From Hyphochytrium catenoides (Eukaryota; Protista; Hyphochytriomycota): 49,660 bases of DNA. Made by a program: the position numbers and the translations under genes. Location of the stretch: assembly GCA_900088475.1 (NCBI GenBank), contig FLMG01000282.1, forward strand, positions 1 through 49,660, given 5' to 3'. Shown piece by piece: positions 47,375 through 49,660 of the stretch. Numbering within the stretch: position 1 is the first letter of the stretch; each line of letters opens with the position of its first letter. Below the pieces are notes generated by a model. It ran no database searches and had not been told where the DNA came from. It saw only the letters and a list, made by a program, of their open reading frames with translations.

Positions 47375-49389
47375 TTAGCTTCCCTTCAGTCTCAGCTCGG
47401 TGCCATCAGGATGGTAGCTAGGCATAGAGGCCCTCCTCTCTGGCCTGACAGAGGCGATCGGCGCAGAGGAGAATGCTGATGGGAAATTCTTGAACTGTAC
47501 AGGCCGCGGCGTGTCAGAACCTGGGCCGGATGATGGTGGTTGCTGACCCAACCGGCCATAGTTTGCACCATTGTAGGGACTGCGCATGTGCCAGTCAAAG
47601 GTGAGAGCACAAAGACAATTTGAGTTAGAACCCATTCCGTGCCAGGTTGGAAGGAGGCGAAGAGGGGATGTGCAGGAACACACAGCGATGGAGGGGAAAG
47701 ACCAAGGACACAGTGGAAGTGTAAGAAATGGCAAGAGATATAGAAGGAATGTCGGGGCCACCTTTCTTCCTGACCACATAAGAGAAATTCTACCGTTTGT
47801 CAGTGACAATCTTACCTCGCAAGAACTCTCTTAATGGCCCCATAGAGGGGGTCTGCCGCCTTTGGTTGCGCTTCCACCCCGCCAAGGAGGTCTGCAACAG
47901 ATATTGCACGCCCATAGAAGCGCTCATTTACATCGTGCCGAGTCACAATGATAGCCCCCTCCAACGAGAGCCCTACGTAGAGTCCCTGGCTGTGCGAGTA
48001 GCTGTAGCATGGAGCAAAGGTTCCTTTTGCGCCCGCTTCTACGGCCCCTGCAGCTGTGCGGCCAGTCGGTCCCGCCGCTATCCCAACTTCTGCACCAAGT
48101 GACACTTGACCAGTGGAGCAGAATGAGTCGAGCGCCGCCTCAGTGTTGAGGACGATAATAAAGTCTGTCAACTCGCCGCCAAACTGCATTCCCCACCCCA
48201 GGCCCACTGTGCCAATGGCTGACGGCGCGGACCATGACCCGTCTTCCAGCTTTGATATCACCAACCCGGTCCCAATCCGTCCGCTAAGGAAGAAACCAGC
48301 TTTGAAGACTGTCAGAAAGGCCAAGCCTCGGGCATTTGTCAGCAAGGGCAGAGGCAGGCTCTGATCCTTGATCACACCATCACTGATAAGGTTCAACGTT
48401 GTAAATGTCGCCTTTGCTACCTCATCCTGCAGCGTGAAGGACACAGGGTTGTTAACGTTAAGATACCTACAAAGACGGAGGTTAGACTTTTCAGGGCGTA
48501 GACATTAGCACTGTCTCTCCTCCGCTCTGCCAATCTTTCCCTTGCCCCTTACCTCTCTCCTGGTTTGACTACGATCTTTTGCACAGCGTTACTCAGTGTC
48601 ATTCGTAGCTCATCTTGGTAGCAGGCCAACACCTCTAAGCACGTTACGCAAACTCGCTGAGGGTCATGGACAGAGTTGGAAACATATGGGCGAGTGGGAT
48701 CCTTGCACTGCCACTCCGCAGGTATCAGAGAACGCTCATTGCAGCAGTAGTAACAGAAGATGCGGCCACACAGGCGGCAATGGTGCTTACGTCGCACCCA
48801 ATCGAATTGCAGACTACATAATGCACACACCAATGCCTCCTCATCGGGCACCCAGATAGCCGGCTCGTAGCAGGAGTCCCTGGACAAGTCTCCCGTTAAG
48901 CTTCTCTTCCTCCCATTAGGGCCGTCACTGTACCCAGAGGTGCCTAGCAATGATGGTGAAGACCTCTGCAAAATAGAAGCGCGGATTGGTTATGGTGACG
49001 TGAGATTGAAGAGAGAAGAAGGGTTAGCATCCCAATTTTACCGTGTGATTCGGTGGAGAATCTTGCTCAAGTGGTTTGCGAGGCATCTGAATGGAGTCGA
49101 GACTTGCCAGCTTGGGGACCGACGGTGGCACTATTTCAGCGATATTTTTTGCTGCGAGCTCGAGGAGTGTACTGGAGGCTGTGAGCCTCGGGCTCACGAG
49201 ATCCGTCGCGAGCTCAGGCGGGGGAGTGTTGACGGCCGTGGATCCGCTGTTTGTGAGGCAGATGGACTCGCCGTAACTAACTCCTCGAATAAAACTCGGT
49301 AGCGTTAATGCCGACGGAGAGGATGGAACCAGATCCTCTTCCTCCTGTATGTCCTCCTCCTGTATCTCCTCCTCGGAGGATGGCTTCAT
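47375..49389 (-). CDS. FYVE zinc finger + SYLF (Ysc84/SH3YL1-type) domain protein, multi-exon
   Basis: FYVE: WVPDEE...C.LC...F...RRKHHCRLCGRIFC..C...RVC.TC. SYLF: ARGLAFLTVFKAGFFLSGRIGTGLVI...WSAPSAI...GMQFGGELTDF...YSYSHSQGLYVGLSLEG. Start ATG 49389 is inferred. Confidence 0.92.
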
Positions 49390-49469
49390 CCTACAGACCT
49401 GCCCGTCAGGTCTACGTGAAACAGCAGGCTTCGTCAAGACGGGTTCGCTATGCTGGTTGGCTTTTCATA

Positions 49470-49660
49470 GCGCTCACCATATGAGGTGGTCTGAGTAGAG
49501 GGCCCAAAAAGACTTCGAAAGTCAACCACTTCAGTCAGAACCCTAATGCGTCTGCCACATACATTGAGGGCGGCGTTAACTTTCAAAGGAGGTGAGCACC
49601 GGAGTCCGTCTGAAAACGCTGAAGCTTCACAATGAGGGCTTGGACTTGCTTGAGATGGCA
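49470..49660 (+). mobile_element. Degenerate Helitron helicase motif I/Ia (element E part 2, runs off the window)
   Basis: V*VEGPKRLRKST (~49489-49527; cf. F.DGPGGTGKS) followed by SATYIEGG (~49551-49574; cf. AA.LL.GG). Confidence 0.45.

Overview
Gene-dense eukaryotic genomic DNA with short GT-AG introns and GA microsatellites. The gene set suggests a stramenopile, which is an inference. Eleven protein-coding genes are supported: a CH-domain coiled-coil protein, an amino-acid transporter, PCID2, DTWD1, a PEX4-like E2, a giant USP9/24/34-like deubiquitinase, PEX2, casein kinase I, an E/R/K-rich helical repeat protein, a 3x PDZ-like protein and a FYVE+SYLF/Ysc84 protein. The main observation comes from translating the 'intergenic' spacers by hand through stops and frameshifts. 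Nearly every spacer resembles a decayed piece of a Helitron RepHel (HUH Rep + Pif1 helicase) ORF. Successive spacers keep the same strand and follow the RepHel motif order, so intact intron-containing housekeeping genes appear to sit inside about five fossil Helitron ORFs: A (+) ~2946-9050, B (-) ~33090-10170, C (-) ~36560-33230, D (-) ~41150-38771 and E (+) ~46250 to the window end. The remnants often resume within a few to tens of bases of host start or stop codons. The motif matches were made by eye against remembered consensus motifs and are individually weak. The evidence is their number, order and strand consistency, and it needs HMM confirmation.
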